Source: Catajapyx aquilonaris
Taxonomy: Eukaryota
Reading direction: 5' to 3'
NCBI GenBank assembly: GCA_000934665.2
Contig: KZ539003.1
Coordinates: 1-36,863, forward strand
DNA length: 36,863 nt
Under the pieces are notes generated by a model. The model was not told where the DNA came from. It ran no database searches and saw only the letters and a list, made by a program, of their open reading frames with translations. Below, in pieces: positions 21,806 to 33,146 of the stretch. Position 1 is the first letter of the stretch. Every line of letters starts with the position of its first letter. The translations under genes were made by a program, and so were the position numbers.

Positions 21806-22230
21806 CAGGGTGTATCTGAACTCAGTGCCCCGACGTATATGACTTCCTTCCTAGCCACCAGAGGACCGATTTAAGTATAGGAGTCATTATGTCTGGCCGC
21901 CGCATTACTGAGATAATTGGCCGCAAACATGTAGTACAAAATATCCTGTCGGTTAGGCCACCCATCGAACCCTCCCCCAGTCAGAAGGCTCTGGAAGGTC
22001 TGGGGGCGGGACTTTGTTGGTTTGTTGCCCACAGGTGGTAAGGCCTCTTTGGCTAGTTACACCAGAAAATTCTATTTAAAAGTCAGAAGGAGCGATTAGG
22101 CAAAAATCGCTAAAGAGCGTATCTCAGTAATGAGGCTGCCCAGACATAATGACTCCTCTACATAAGTTGATCCTCTGGTGGCTAGGAAGGCAGTCACATA
22201 CGTCGGGGCACTGAGTTCAGATACACCCTG
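21806..22230. mobile_element. CAGGGTG MITE, copy 1 (upstream of LPMO paralog 2)
   Basis: ~90-bp TIRs CAGGGTGTATCTGAACTCAGTGCCCCGACG... Near-identical to 24353-24776. Confidence 0.9.
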
Positions 22231-22559
22231 CTATAGTTGAAAAGTACTGTATCTGCAAGATAGGTGTATATAGGAGGCAGATAACTTAGACACGTAATTG
22301 CATCTTATTTTCTTCAGGCGCAATCTTTCTCCTAGAGTACCTTTCAATTTGCTCAGTAAAACCAGGGCAGGTCAAACCTTTAATCACAACACTATAATCA
22401 TATTCCATATCACATTTCTATCTCAGATGATCTTTTCAGGTGACATTGTTTTTCTCCTCTATTATCTGCACCAATTGCTGAGATGTGCAAAAGGGGGATA
22501 AAAACCCTCTATATGGAATGCCAACAAACATTCTGGTTTCATTTGCCAAAGGTGACAAG

Positions 22560-23331
22560 ATGAAACTCCTTCTCTTCATCGTTGCTACCTCTATGGTGGC
22601 TGTAGAAGTCAGCAGCCATGGATATATACTGGAACCACCAAGCAGGTCATCCATGTGGCGTGTGGGATACAAAACACCTATCAACTGGGATGATGATGGC
22701 CTGAACTGCGGCAATGTTCCGGTATTATAGCACAGCCCTTGGTATATGAAGACACGTTAATATAATTTTTGATATTCAGACAGAAGATGGGCATGGAAAG
22801 TGTGGCGAGTGTGGAGATCCCTGGGCTGACCCCCGACCCCGAGAAAATGAAGATGGAGGCAAGTATGGCCTTGGAATTATCACCAGGAACTACCAGAAAG
22901 GACAGGATATCAACATCACAATTCATTTGACCACTAATCATATGGGCTGGTTTGAATTCCGTCTCTGTCCCAACAATAACGTCAAGAAACCTGTGGAGCA
23001 ATCGTGCCTCGACCAAAATCTTTTGGAAATGGCTGATGGCTCTGGTACTCGTTTCCATCTCAAGAACAAGCATGAAGAGGAAAATGACTGGTTTTATTTC
23101 CAAATCAAGCTTCCGGCTGACCTCACCTGCACACAGTGTGTTCTTCAATGGCACTGGCAATGTGGTATGATATTATGCCATTTTTATATCGTGTCCTGCT
23201 CTGCAAAAATAACTAAATACTCTCTACCATTTACAGCAAACAGTTGGGGTATTTGTCCTGATGGTCATGGTGCTATGGGATGTGGTCCACAAGAAACCTT
23301 CCGCAACTGCGTCGATGTTGCCATCCAGTAA
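22560..23331 (+). CDS. Secreted AA15-type LPMO, paralog 2, 213 aa
   Basis: Exons 22560-22721, 22780-23164, 23237-23331 (642 nt). Signal MKLLLFIVATSMVAVEVSS, then HGYILEPPSRSSMWRVGY; LTTNHMGWFEFRLC; ANSWGICPDG..GCGPQETFRNCVDVAIQ. AATAAA at 23366. Confidence 0.92.
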
Positions 23332-24102
23332 TACTCTTCTTGCAGTCTGTAAACCACGTCGATTTAATAAACTTCATATTTTTGCTCCACACATTTGCAT
23401 TCCAATCATTTTACAAGGTGAATTAGAGCATATGATTGTCTGTGTTATCTTGTTTCCTTGTTTTAAGAAGAAATCATATCGCCTTACTTGGGTGATAACA
23501 CATCATGCGCAGGAGTGAAGTTAATACATCGTGTTCCAAGACAGGTGTCAATTTTAGTTGAAAATTTTTCCGCCCTAAGTAGCTTCTTTCTAAGTAGTGA
23601 CTTTTAACCAGTATTTTTAGAAGTTACCATGAGTATTAGCTGATATTATTATATTAAAATTAACAATCAATTCATTCTATACGTTTAAGTGTAAGTATAA
23701 GTTGCAATGAAGTTCCGATTGGGATGGCTCATCAGCATGGGAACAGTGGGCATGAAACATCGATTATATTGAACGTAAGTTTTAGATGCTAATATCAGCT
23801 TGACTCCTGAAAGTTCTTTCTTACATGATAGATCAATAGAACCTCCTGAAGTTAACCTAATATTAGCAGATAATTTTTGATATTTGCTCAGAAAAATCGA
23901 TCCAAAGTGAATTTTTCAAAATAAGCAGAACAGGGAGAAAAGTAATTGCAAACTGTAATGGAATTGTAATAAGTTGTATAATGAAAACTGGGGAAGGTTT
24001 TATCTGATGATAAGCGTTATGTTTGTTGACTTATAACTCCAATTTTGCTTATAGGTGCGTGGTGGATAATAACTATATCCAGAACAAGTCAGTGGTTGAT
24101 CA

Positions 24103-24339
24103 TCTATATAAAAAAGCCGCTTGTGATCTGTCTGTCCGTCTGTCTGTCCGCCTGGAACGCCAACCGTCATTTGTCTGCCATCTGTGGTCCGCCTCCTACA
24201 CCTCCAACCTCTCCCGTCCTTCGTACCCGGCCTTCCGCTGTAATAATATTGAGATTCTTAATTACAAGTATTTTTTTTTACTTGTCCTTTTCAGCTTGTT
24301 TTCCATTCATTTCTTCCCAACGCCGGGTATCGCAGCTAG
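24103..24339 (+). mobile_element. Non-autonomous Helitron
   Basis: A|TCTATATAAAA 5' end, (CTGTCCGT/CTGT) microsatellite-like tract, 3' CCCAACGCCGGGTATCGCAGCTAG|T. Inserted between A and T with no TSD. Confidence 0.7.
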
Positions 24340-24352
24340 TACAGTTGTTATA

Positions 24353-24776
24353 CAGGGTGTATATGAACTCAGTGCCCCGATGTATATGACTGCCTTCCTA
24401 GCCACCAGAGGATCGATTTAAGTATAGGAGTCATTATGTCTGGCCGCCGCATTACAGAGATAATTGGCCGCAAACATGTAGTACAAAATATCCTGTCGGT
24501 TAGGCCACCCATCGAACCCTCCCCCAGTCAGAAGGCTCTGGAAGGTCTGGGGGCGGGACTTTGTTGGTTTGTTGCCCACAGGTGGTAAGGCCTCTTTGGC
24601 TAGTTACACCAGAAAATTCTATTTAAAAGTCAGAAGGAGCGATTAGGCAAAAATCGCTAAAGAGTGTATCTCAGTAATGAGGCTGCCCAGACATATGACT
24701 CCTATACTTAAATCGATCCTGTGGTGGCTAGGAAGGCAGTCATATACGTCGGGGCACTGAGTTCAGATACACCCTG
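24353..24776. mobile_element. CAGGGTG MITE, copy 2 (downstream of LPMO paralog 2)
   Basis: TA|CAGGGTGTAT...ATACACCCTG|TA. Same orientation and near-identical interior to 21806-22230. Confidence 0.9.
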
Positions 24777-25638
24777 TATATTGTTGGAAACAATATTCCA
24801 AACATTCACTGACAAGGATCAATCAATTGTTCAGGGTTTAATATATGATTGTATATTGCACAGCATAGCAGTACCTGTAGTGATCTTCAAGTTTCCAATG
24901 AAATGATGTTAATATAAAATACTCTGATTAAGAAGGAGACCTGTGCAATTCATATAATATTAAACGTTTCTCACAAAACGAGTCTAACAGCATGATTTTA
25001 TGGTAACAAAGCAAAATGGTTATGCGTTTTTTTTCTTCAAAATCTGGAAAATTAGTTTATTACATTCAGTGAACGTATGGTCATTAGGGTGGAGTGAAAA
25101 AAGTCAATATTTTTTTTTCAGAAACGGGTACCCTTCAATGACTGTGTATGAGACCTAGTAACAATTCTGTAAAATATTTAATTTTTACGACGTCATCTTG
25201 AGTCTGCACATTTGGCTTAAAGTTTGAAATTTTTTGAAATTTTTGATTTTCTTACAAAAAATTTTAAAGTACTTGAAACAAAAAAAAAACCTGACGGATA
25301 GTCACTAAATAGTTGAACAAGGCCTGAAATATAGACAGGATTTTTTAAAACATTTTTAGGTTGTGGTTTCAGTCTGCACATGAGGCTTAAACTTATCCAA
25401 ATATTCGTAAATGTCTGATATTTTTAACGTTTTATAATTTCTGATGTCCTCTTTTAATGTTATCAAAACTTGTTTATAATAGCTTTCGTTATTCAACTTT
25501 GCATTGTGCAACTCTTCGCTAGTTCATATTAAACTACCCAGGACTCACCACGGGGAGGTGGTTGCACCTCGAGTCCCACCCATGCCCTCCCAACCACCCA
25601 ACCATGAGAGCATGTATTTACATCTTGAAGAAAAGTCT

Positions 25639-26430
25639 TCAACAGGTAAATTGTTTCTTTATGTCATATATTGGACGGATATTTCTATCAAGCATTCTAG
25701 TTTTGATTAAGCTTTCTCTTTTCTTTTGATCACAGACCAATTTTGAGGAAGCAGTGACTACTTTGACGGCTCTTTCTACCGCTTGAGTGTGTGATGGGAG
25801 TTCTAAAAGAGTGCACTCAGAAGCTATGTTTACACTCTCGGTTTCCAGTAAAACCTTAGTTTGCAAATCCTGATTTGTCAAATGACTTGTGAGAGTTGGT
25901 TCTGTCACTTCCACATAATTCCAAACAATCGTATCGACATACTCTGATGCTCCAAAATTTATTTTCGGGATTTCAAACCGTCTTAGTGGTTTACTTGCTT
26001 GTTCTCTAGATCGAGTCTTGATGATACGTCTTAAAGCCAGTTTCTTTATATGATCTCTCTTATCAACCAACATAGCTATGAGAATGTTTTCATGGTGAGC
26101 AAAGTATCCATTGTCTTGGATACATTTGTGTACAATTTTCCGATTTTTCTCAGATAGGTAAGTCCAACAACTCTTTATGGTTTCCCACAAGTTTTGAGCT
26201 CCATCATAAGCTTTTGGATTACACTTGATCCTGAACCAACTAGGTGCATAAACTTTCAAGATGAAGGTTGCCAACTCTTTTAATGTTTGCGATGGAGTTT
26301 TTGTAGCTACGTATAATCTTAAAATTCTATTAGCTATAGTCAACCATCTGGCATGGGAGAGCTTTCCTGGACTTGTTTTCTAATTCTGGAGATATTTTCC
26401 CACTCGAAGCAGCTGTACAATAATTGTACA
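25639..26430 (-). pseudogene. C-terminal part of a hAT-type transposase (5'-truncated)
   Basis: PGKLSHARWLTIANRILRLYV...KVYAPSWFRIK...HHENILIAMLVD...PSHTQAVERAVKVVTASS. No N-terminus; frameshift near 26375. Confidence 0.8.
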
Positions 26431-26901
26431 GCTCACCATGAAAACATTCTCATAGGTCATAGCTATATGTTGGTTGATAAGAGAGATCATATAAAGAAAC
26501 TGGCTTTAAGACGTATCATCAAGGCTCGATCTAGAGAACAAGCAAGTAAACCACTAAGACGGTTTGAAATCCCGAAAATAAATTTTGGAGCATCAGAGTA
26601 TGTCGATACGATTGTTTGGAATTATGTGGAAGTGACAGAACCAACTCTCACAAGTCATTTGACAAATCAGGATTTGCAAACTAAGGTTTTACTGGAAACC
26701 GAGAGTGTAAACATAGCTTCTGAGTGCACTCTTTTAGAACTCCCATCACACACTCAAGCGGTAGAAAGAGCCGTCAAAGTAGTCACTGCTTCCTCAAAAT
26801 TGGTCTGTGATCAAAAGAAAAGAGAAAGCTTAATCAAAACTAGAATGCTTGATAGAAATATCCGTCCAATATATGACACAAAGAAACAATTTACCTGTTG
26901 A
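26431..26901 (+). pseudogene. Inverted duplicate of the transposase C-terminus
   Basis: AHHENIL...KKQFTC is nearly identical to the 25639-26100 copy. Confidence 0.8.
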
Positions 26902-28497
26902 AGACTTTTCTTCAAGATGTAAATACATGCTCTCATGGTTGGGTGGTTGGGAGGGCATGGGTGGGACTCGAGGTGCAACTACCTCCCCGTGGTGAGTCCT
27001 GGGTAGTTTAATATGAACTAGCGAAGAGTTGCACAATGCAAAGTTGAATAACGAAAGCTATTATAAACAAGTTTTGATAACATTAAAAGAGGACATCAGA
27101 AATTATAAAACGTTAAAAATATCAGACATTTACGAATATGTGGATAAGTTTAAGCCTCATGTGCAGACTGAAACCACAACCTAAAAATGTTTTAAAAAAT
27201 CCTGTCTATATTTCAGGCCTTGTTCAACTATTTAGTGACTATCCGTCAGGTTTTTTTTTGTTTCAAGTACTTTAAAATGTTTTGTAAGAATATCAAATAT
27301 TTCAAAAAATTTTAAACTTTAAGCCAAATGTGCAGACTCAAGATGACGTCGTAAAAATTAAATATTTTACAGAATTGTTACTAGGTCTCATACACAGTCA
27401 TTGAAGTTTCTGAAAAAAAAATTGACTTTTTTCACTCCACCCTAATGGTCATGTTAGAGGCGAACAAACAAGTGTGACATTATGAAATAGCCTAACACAT
27501 CACTTGTGATAATAATTTTTTTCTTGCTGTGACATTATACAGTATTGGTGTCACATCCTTTTCTATATGCACTTCACAATCGTGTTGTGTTGAAAGATCT
27601 ATCTTCATCCTTATCTGAAAGACTTGTATGCTCTGATAGCCAACCATGTCACTTAATACTCGTACTTAAATAATAATTATTGCATTTCAAGCTAACAGCA
27701 AGAACAGAGAGAGAGAAGCCTGCTAGAATGATCTCCCTCCCACATGTATTCCGAAGGAAACGTTGGTGTCATTTTTTTGAAACAGTGTCGCAGTTATTTA
27801 CTTTACAATTTTAGTCTAATGTTAAAGACCCTTATTAATATTATCCTGAGATATTCGATTCCATTAGAGCCGTGGTGTACCGACATATGCTATGGTGCTT
27901 ATGTAAATCAGACATAGTGGACATGGCCCCTCTAACAGCAAGAATCGATTATAGTATGGACTTCTGACTCTGCTCAAGAGCAGTAATCTTTATTGGTGTA
28001 TAAAGAATGGATAGTTATAGGCTACGTTAAAATAGTTATAGGTGCTCTGGTGAAAATGTTAAAAATAAACCTAACCAAAAACAACGCACTAACTTATGAG
28101 CAGGCCTGTATGTGCTATTATTATGACATATGATTTATGAGTGAGATATTTAATTATCAGGTTACATTTTGGGAATATTTTTAATGCAATGAATGAACAA
28201 AGAATCTTAGTTAGTACACTACGCAGAGCAAATAAAAGGCTGTCAGGTTAATACAACAATATCTGCTGCCACTGATCCAGTTTCATGGTGGAAAACCTCT
28301 ATATTACCTCCATGGCTGATTGCGAATTCACAAATATTTCGGTACTGGGATGATCCAGTATTAAAAGATACGTACTCATATCGGGGGGGGGTTTTTTTGG
28401 GGGGGGGGGGGAAATTAATCANGTTAAGAATAGGATAATCACTTCTCATGGCCAGCCATTAATGATGATACAAAATACATAATTTGGCGATGCAACA

Positions 28498-28561
<64 letters not shown>
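28498..28561. repeat. (TTA)n microsatellite
   Basis: ~21 perfect units, 260 bp upstream of LPMO paralog 3. No SINE body recognised next to it. Confidence 0.95.
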
Positions 28562-28564
<3 letters not shown>

Positions 28565-28823
28565 GTCGTAGAAAAGTGGATAATCAAGTACAAATTCGCG
28601 TTCCATCTGATAGCCTTAATACTACTGATAAATCTTTCATTTCTCGGTTATGATCTAAATCCTAGATTGCAACATCACTCCATCACAAGCTTATAATTGA
28701 TAAGGTACACCAATATAAATGCAGCTTATTGTTTTGTAAACGTATTATTTCTTCTTGATCCACGTCTACACAAACTTCTTTCTATAGTATATCCAAGAAG
28801 TGAAATAAAAAACAGGCTTCATA

Positions 28824-29736
28824 ATGAGGCTTGTCTACCTACTTGCCTTGGTGACATGGATGGTAGCTGAAATTTCAGGTAAGGCCACTAGGCATAACTT
28901 ATTCCTGCAGTCATAATTACCACTGTAATTATTTTCAGGACACGGTTACATGGAGGACCCTCCCAATCGATCCTCCATGTGGCGATTTGGATACCATACA
29001 CCCGTTGACTATGATGACAATGGTCTCAACTGTGGTGGAGTCGGAGTAAGTATATGAAATATCTGGGAGTCCTGTTACTTCAAAGGTAACCCTGAAACCA
29101 ATGAGCATGCAAAAATTCCCTGCTGCAGTTACCGGTCAAATAACATGCTTCCAACTATAGTAGCCACAGTAACAAATACTGTATTTTTCACAGACACAGT
29201 GGCAGGTGAACAACGGGAAATGCGGCGAATGTGGCGACCCCTACAATGTGCCGCGTCCACGTCCAAATGAAGATGGAGGCAAATTTGGTCTGGGAATCAT
29301 CACCCGCAATTACACTCAGGGACAAGCGATCACTTTGAAGCTGCTGCTCACCAGGACCCACAAAGGATGGTTTGAATTCAGAATCTGTCCCAATAACAAC
29401 GTCAAAAAGCCAGTTGAGCAATCGTGCTTAGACAAATACCTTCTTCAATTGGCTGACGGATCTGGCTCCCGGTTCTACCCAACTGGTCAAAGCCCTGTTA
29501 CCTTTAACATCCCTCTTCAACTCCCACAAGGACTCACATGCAGCCAGTGTGTGATGCAGTGGCACTATCATACAGGTAATAATTCATTTAGAATCTCAAA
29601 ACTGGACATTCAACTTATTGTTGTCACTGTCTTTATTGTAGCCAACAGCTGGGGGAAATGTCCCAATGGCACCGAGGCTATGGGCTGTGGTCCACAAGAA
29701 ACCTTCCGCAACTGTGCCGATGTTGCAATCATGTAG
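28824..29736 (+). CDS. Secreted AA15-type LPMO, paralog 3, 212 aa
   Basis: Exons 28824-28878, 28939-29045, 29194-29575, 29642-29736 (639 nt). Signal MRLVYLLALVTWMVAEISG, then HGYMEDPPNRSSMWRFGY; LLTRTHKGWFEFRIC; ANSWGKCPNG..GCGPQETFRNCADVAIM. AATAAA at 29775. Confidence 0.93.
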
Positions 29737-32381
29737 ATCATTCTCCAAGATGTCATAATTATAGTTACAAGTCAAATAAACTGAAATGAAAGGGATATAA
29801 TGTTTAATTTCTAGATCTTAACATAGAAAATAGTAGTCTAATCCAAAACAAATTATGGAATCCAGTCCTTATCTGTTATTTTGTAATATCTGTTTGATTA
29901 TGATAGAAGGTTCGCAGAAGAATATGCGAAGCTCATGCGAAGCAATTATATTCTCTTTCCACAAGTTCCTATAAGGTACTGACTTTTCCTGAAATATGAT
30001 CGTAAATGTTTCAATTTGAACAAATCATGAATTAAAGTTTGTGAGTTTCTTTGTGGGTGTGTTTGTTCGTTAAATCCAGCGAAATGCCCCTACACAACCT
30101 TAAACTATCATACCGGGGGTTACTTTTGTCGAGGAATTTACCGCTGCATGTTTCAGCTTCCGAAAATGAGCCTAATTCCCTCAACACCCTTTATCTCCTC
30201 TCCTTAGTAGTTCGATAAAATAGTTTTTCCGACCAGCACTTTGACATGCTCTTATAGGCCCCTCAAACGAAAGATAGCATCTTAAAATAACTAACCTCCG
30301 CATAACATTGCAAAAGTGTATCATAAGCCTTTTGGAAATAAAATAAAATGGTACTATTTTGGATTTCTTGCCTACTATTCCTTCATCTCAAGACTTCTGG
30401 GCGTTAAAGCGAAATCGAGGTAGTTAATATTGGGCAAAGGTATGATGGTATTTTGGGCGAAGAAGTGCTACAAAGGAAATTGAACTTGTTTGAGTGTTCA
30501 AATGAATGTAGGTTTCAATACAAATGAAGTTGGAGCTCTGATAAAAATGGCAATTTATTACAATAAAATAAGTATCATGGATCATTTCTGAATATATCGC
30601 AGAATGTCCTGGTTCCCTGACAATTTTATGATATTGTATATTAATATTTTTCCATGAATATGAAATTGCTTTTAATGGGAGAAAAGGATAATTATTATAA
30701 TCATAATGGAAGATACAGAGGCATCTTGACTGAATATTATCTGTATTGCTCGAGGCTTACTTAAATCTGAATTTTATGAGGAATTTTATTTACAGTAGGA
30801 AGATTTTCCATTATTGACATGAATGACATCTCAGTGAATACATTATAAAGTTTCATTCACATGGGACATAGTGTTTAGCATACACTCCGCATCTATAGCA
30901 TAATTATTAAGAAATGCATTGGGGACAATATTATTGCAACATTATTATTACGGTATATTCTTGTTTCGTGCATTTTAAGACGAACTTGTCAGTCAGAACG
31001 AAGGCACGTGGTGACGTGAATGAAAAGGAGGATGGTGACACTAACTTCTCGATACGTTTTGTACTTTCAGCCCAAAAGATGGGGAAAGAGATGTTACGCG
31101 CTGTTTTTTCCTGAATGTAACTAGTATATTTCTCGTTTTTTTTTTAAATTGGTAAACTATAAAATGGAAGTTGCTACACTGTATACAGGGAGTATGTTCA
31201 GACAACTACTTTAGTGAATTCTTTGACATCAAAGGACCACTTTATATAAAAAATATGTAATTTGGTCTCGCTACCTCGATATTCAGATAAATACAGTAGT
31301 ATCAATAAAAAGTGCATTATACTACCTCCTATACGTTGCAGTTACAGCCTGTGACACTTTATTAGAAGTTTAATTGAAAGTTTTAAGGTAACACCCGTAA
31401 TATAAATATTCAAAAGGTAAGGTGGCGCAGGGGGAAGAATGAATTCCTGTCAGAATACTTTATAGCTTGTTTTTGGATGTCCAGGAGTTATATATGAATA
31501 ATTTTGCATCACTACGTATATAGTATAACGACGCAACTTGAATAATTATTATCAAGAGTAATAATTTGTTTCTCGAATGAAAAAGATTTCCCTACCGTAC
31601 GTCCAAACATGACATAATAATCATTGTACAGTACAATAATTATGTGGTTATAAAACTTTAAAACATATAACAAAGATTAATTTTGCCAGTCAATGTTAGC
31701 TATAGAGATAAAGTTTATACGCCACTTACGTCCATGTAAAGTTCACACAAGTCACACTGCTGAATGTGTAGGTTATTATCTACTGAGGAAAACTTGGGAA
31801 TATATAGTGTAATGTACAGGTGGTACCAAAATAAATATAACCCAATTCTTTCCTCTTATGTGCGAGAATTGACTTCAGGTAGTCCAGTACAATGACCTTT
31901 ACTCTGTGATAGGCATTATTTGTCATTGTGTAGGTCAAGAATGATAAGGCACTGTAAAAACATTCTACCTTCACGTGCAAAATATTGGTATTAATATTTC
32001 TTTGGAATAGGCTATTAATATCTCACCATTCATAACAATAAATAAATTGAATTAATAAGCGATTAGTAACCAATCACGTATTAATTCAATTGATTTATTG
32101 TTATACAGTACAACTGTTGTACTGTACTATAACTGCGTAGTTTAAGATGGATTCCAAAATATCCACCAGCAATCATCTAATCTGTCTCCTAGCTAAATCA
32201 CCTTCAGAAGGAGAATCGGTATTGCCAAACTCAAGTAGCAGCAGTACACAACAAGCTCCAACTCTATGATAGCTGGAGAGTTGTCTTACCTAATCTCTCA
32301 TTTTTATCACCTGCCAGTCATCTATTTAAGACCCTAAACTTGACACCTGTCCGAAGTGTTCTTGGCATCAGAGTGACAGCT

Positions 32382-33146
32382 ATGTATCTCCTGCCCGTCA
32401 TTGCGTGCGTGCTTCTGGCCGTCCAAGTGAATGGCCATGGCTACATGGTTGACCCTCCAAGCAGATCCTCTATGTGGCGATTCGGTTACCATACGCCAAT
32501 AAACTACGATGACAACCAGCTGTTCTGTGGAGGCTTTGATGTAGGTTATTGTTTCAATTTTATGACATCATTAAAACATGTTTGTTTTTCACAGAGGCAG
32601 TGGACCCAAAACAACGGCAAATGTGGAGAATGTGGCGATCCCTGGGATCTGCCCCGTCCCCGAGAAAATGAAGATGGTGGTACATACGGACTGGGAATCA
32701 TCACCAGAAATTATACCAAAGGCCAAAAAATTGACATATCTGTCGACCTGACGGCCAATCACAGAGGATTCTTCCAGTTCCGAATCTGCCCAAACAATGA
32801 CATCAAGAAGCCTGTGGAGCAATCCTGCCTGGACCAGCATCTGTTGGTGTTGGGTGACGGTTCCGGAACTAATTTGCCCATCATAAATGGCAACAAGGGA
32901 ATATGGAAAGGTCAATTTCAACTACCCAAGGATTTAACTTGCACTCAATGTGTAATGCAATGGTATTACCATACAAGTACGTATGAATGTTGATGTGCAT
33001 TGATATGTATATTAGCCTGTAATTAACACCATAATTTTTCATGATATGCAGATACTCACTGGGGTACCTGTCCAAATGGAACCCAGGCTGACGGATGTGG
33101 GCCGCAGGAGACTTTCATTAATTGCGCCGACGTCGCCATCTACTAA
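32382..33146 (+). CDS. Secreted AA15-type LPMO, paralog 4 (most canonical), 211 aa
   Basis: Exons 32382-32540, 32595-32976, 33052-33146 (636 nt). Signal MYLLPVIACVLLAVQVNG, then HGYMVDPPSRSSMWRFGY..NYDDNQLFCGGF; LTANHRGFFQFRIC; NTHWGTCPNG..GCGPQETFINCADVAIY. TATTTAA at ~32323; AATAAA at 33188. Confidence 0.94.

Larger units (their letters stand above)
25085..27444. mobile_element. Fold-back hAT element (probably hATm-like) with ~1-kb inverted arms
   Basis: 8-bp TSD ATGGTCAT (25077-25084, 27445-27452). Termini TAGGGTGGAGTG/CACTCCACCCTA. Arms 25085-26100 and 26431-27444 are near-perfect reverse complements. Confidence 0.9.

Noticed and set aside
24100..24120. TATATAAAA as promoter of a fifth LPMO gene
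   Set aside because: No LPMO-like exon follows; it is the 5' end of the Helitron-like element.
26353..26901. 182-aa ORF as an independent or domesticated gene
   Set aside because: It is a chimera of antisense spacer plus the inverted transposase C-terminus and lacks the DNA-binding and most catalytic regions.
17100..32840. Gene conversion among LPMO paralogs in the CPNNxxKKPVEQSCLD block
   Set aside because: Amino acids are shared but many synonymous positions differ, which fits purifying selection rather than recent conversion.
16703..33146. Recent horizontal transfer of bacterial AA10 or viral fusolin genes
   Set aside because: The genes have spliceosomal introns, poly(A) signals and the Cys-rich animal AA15 pattern (GKCGxCGD, CxQCVxQW, GCGPQE).
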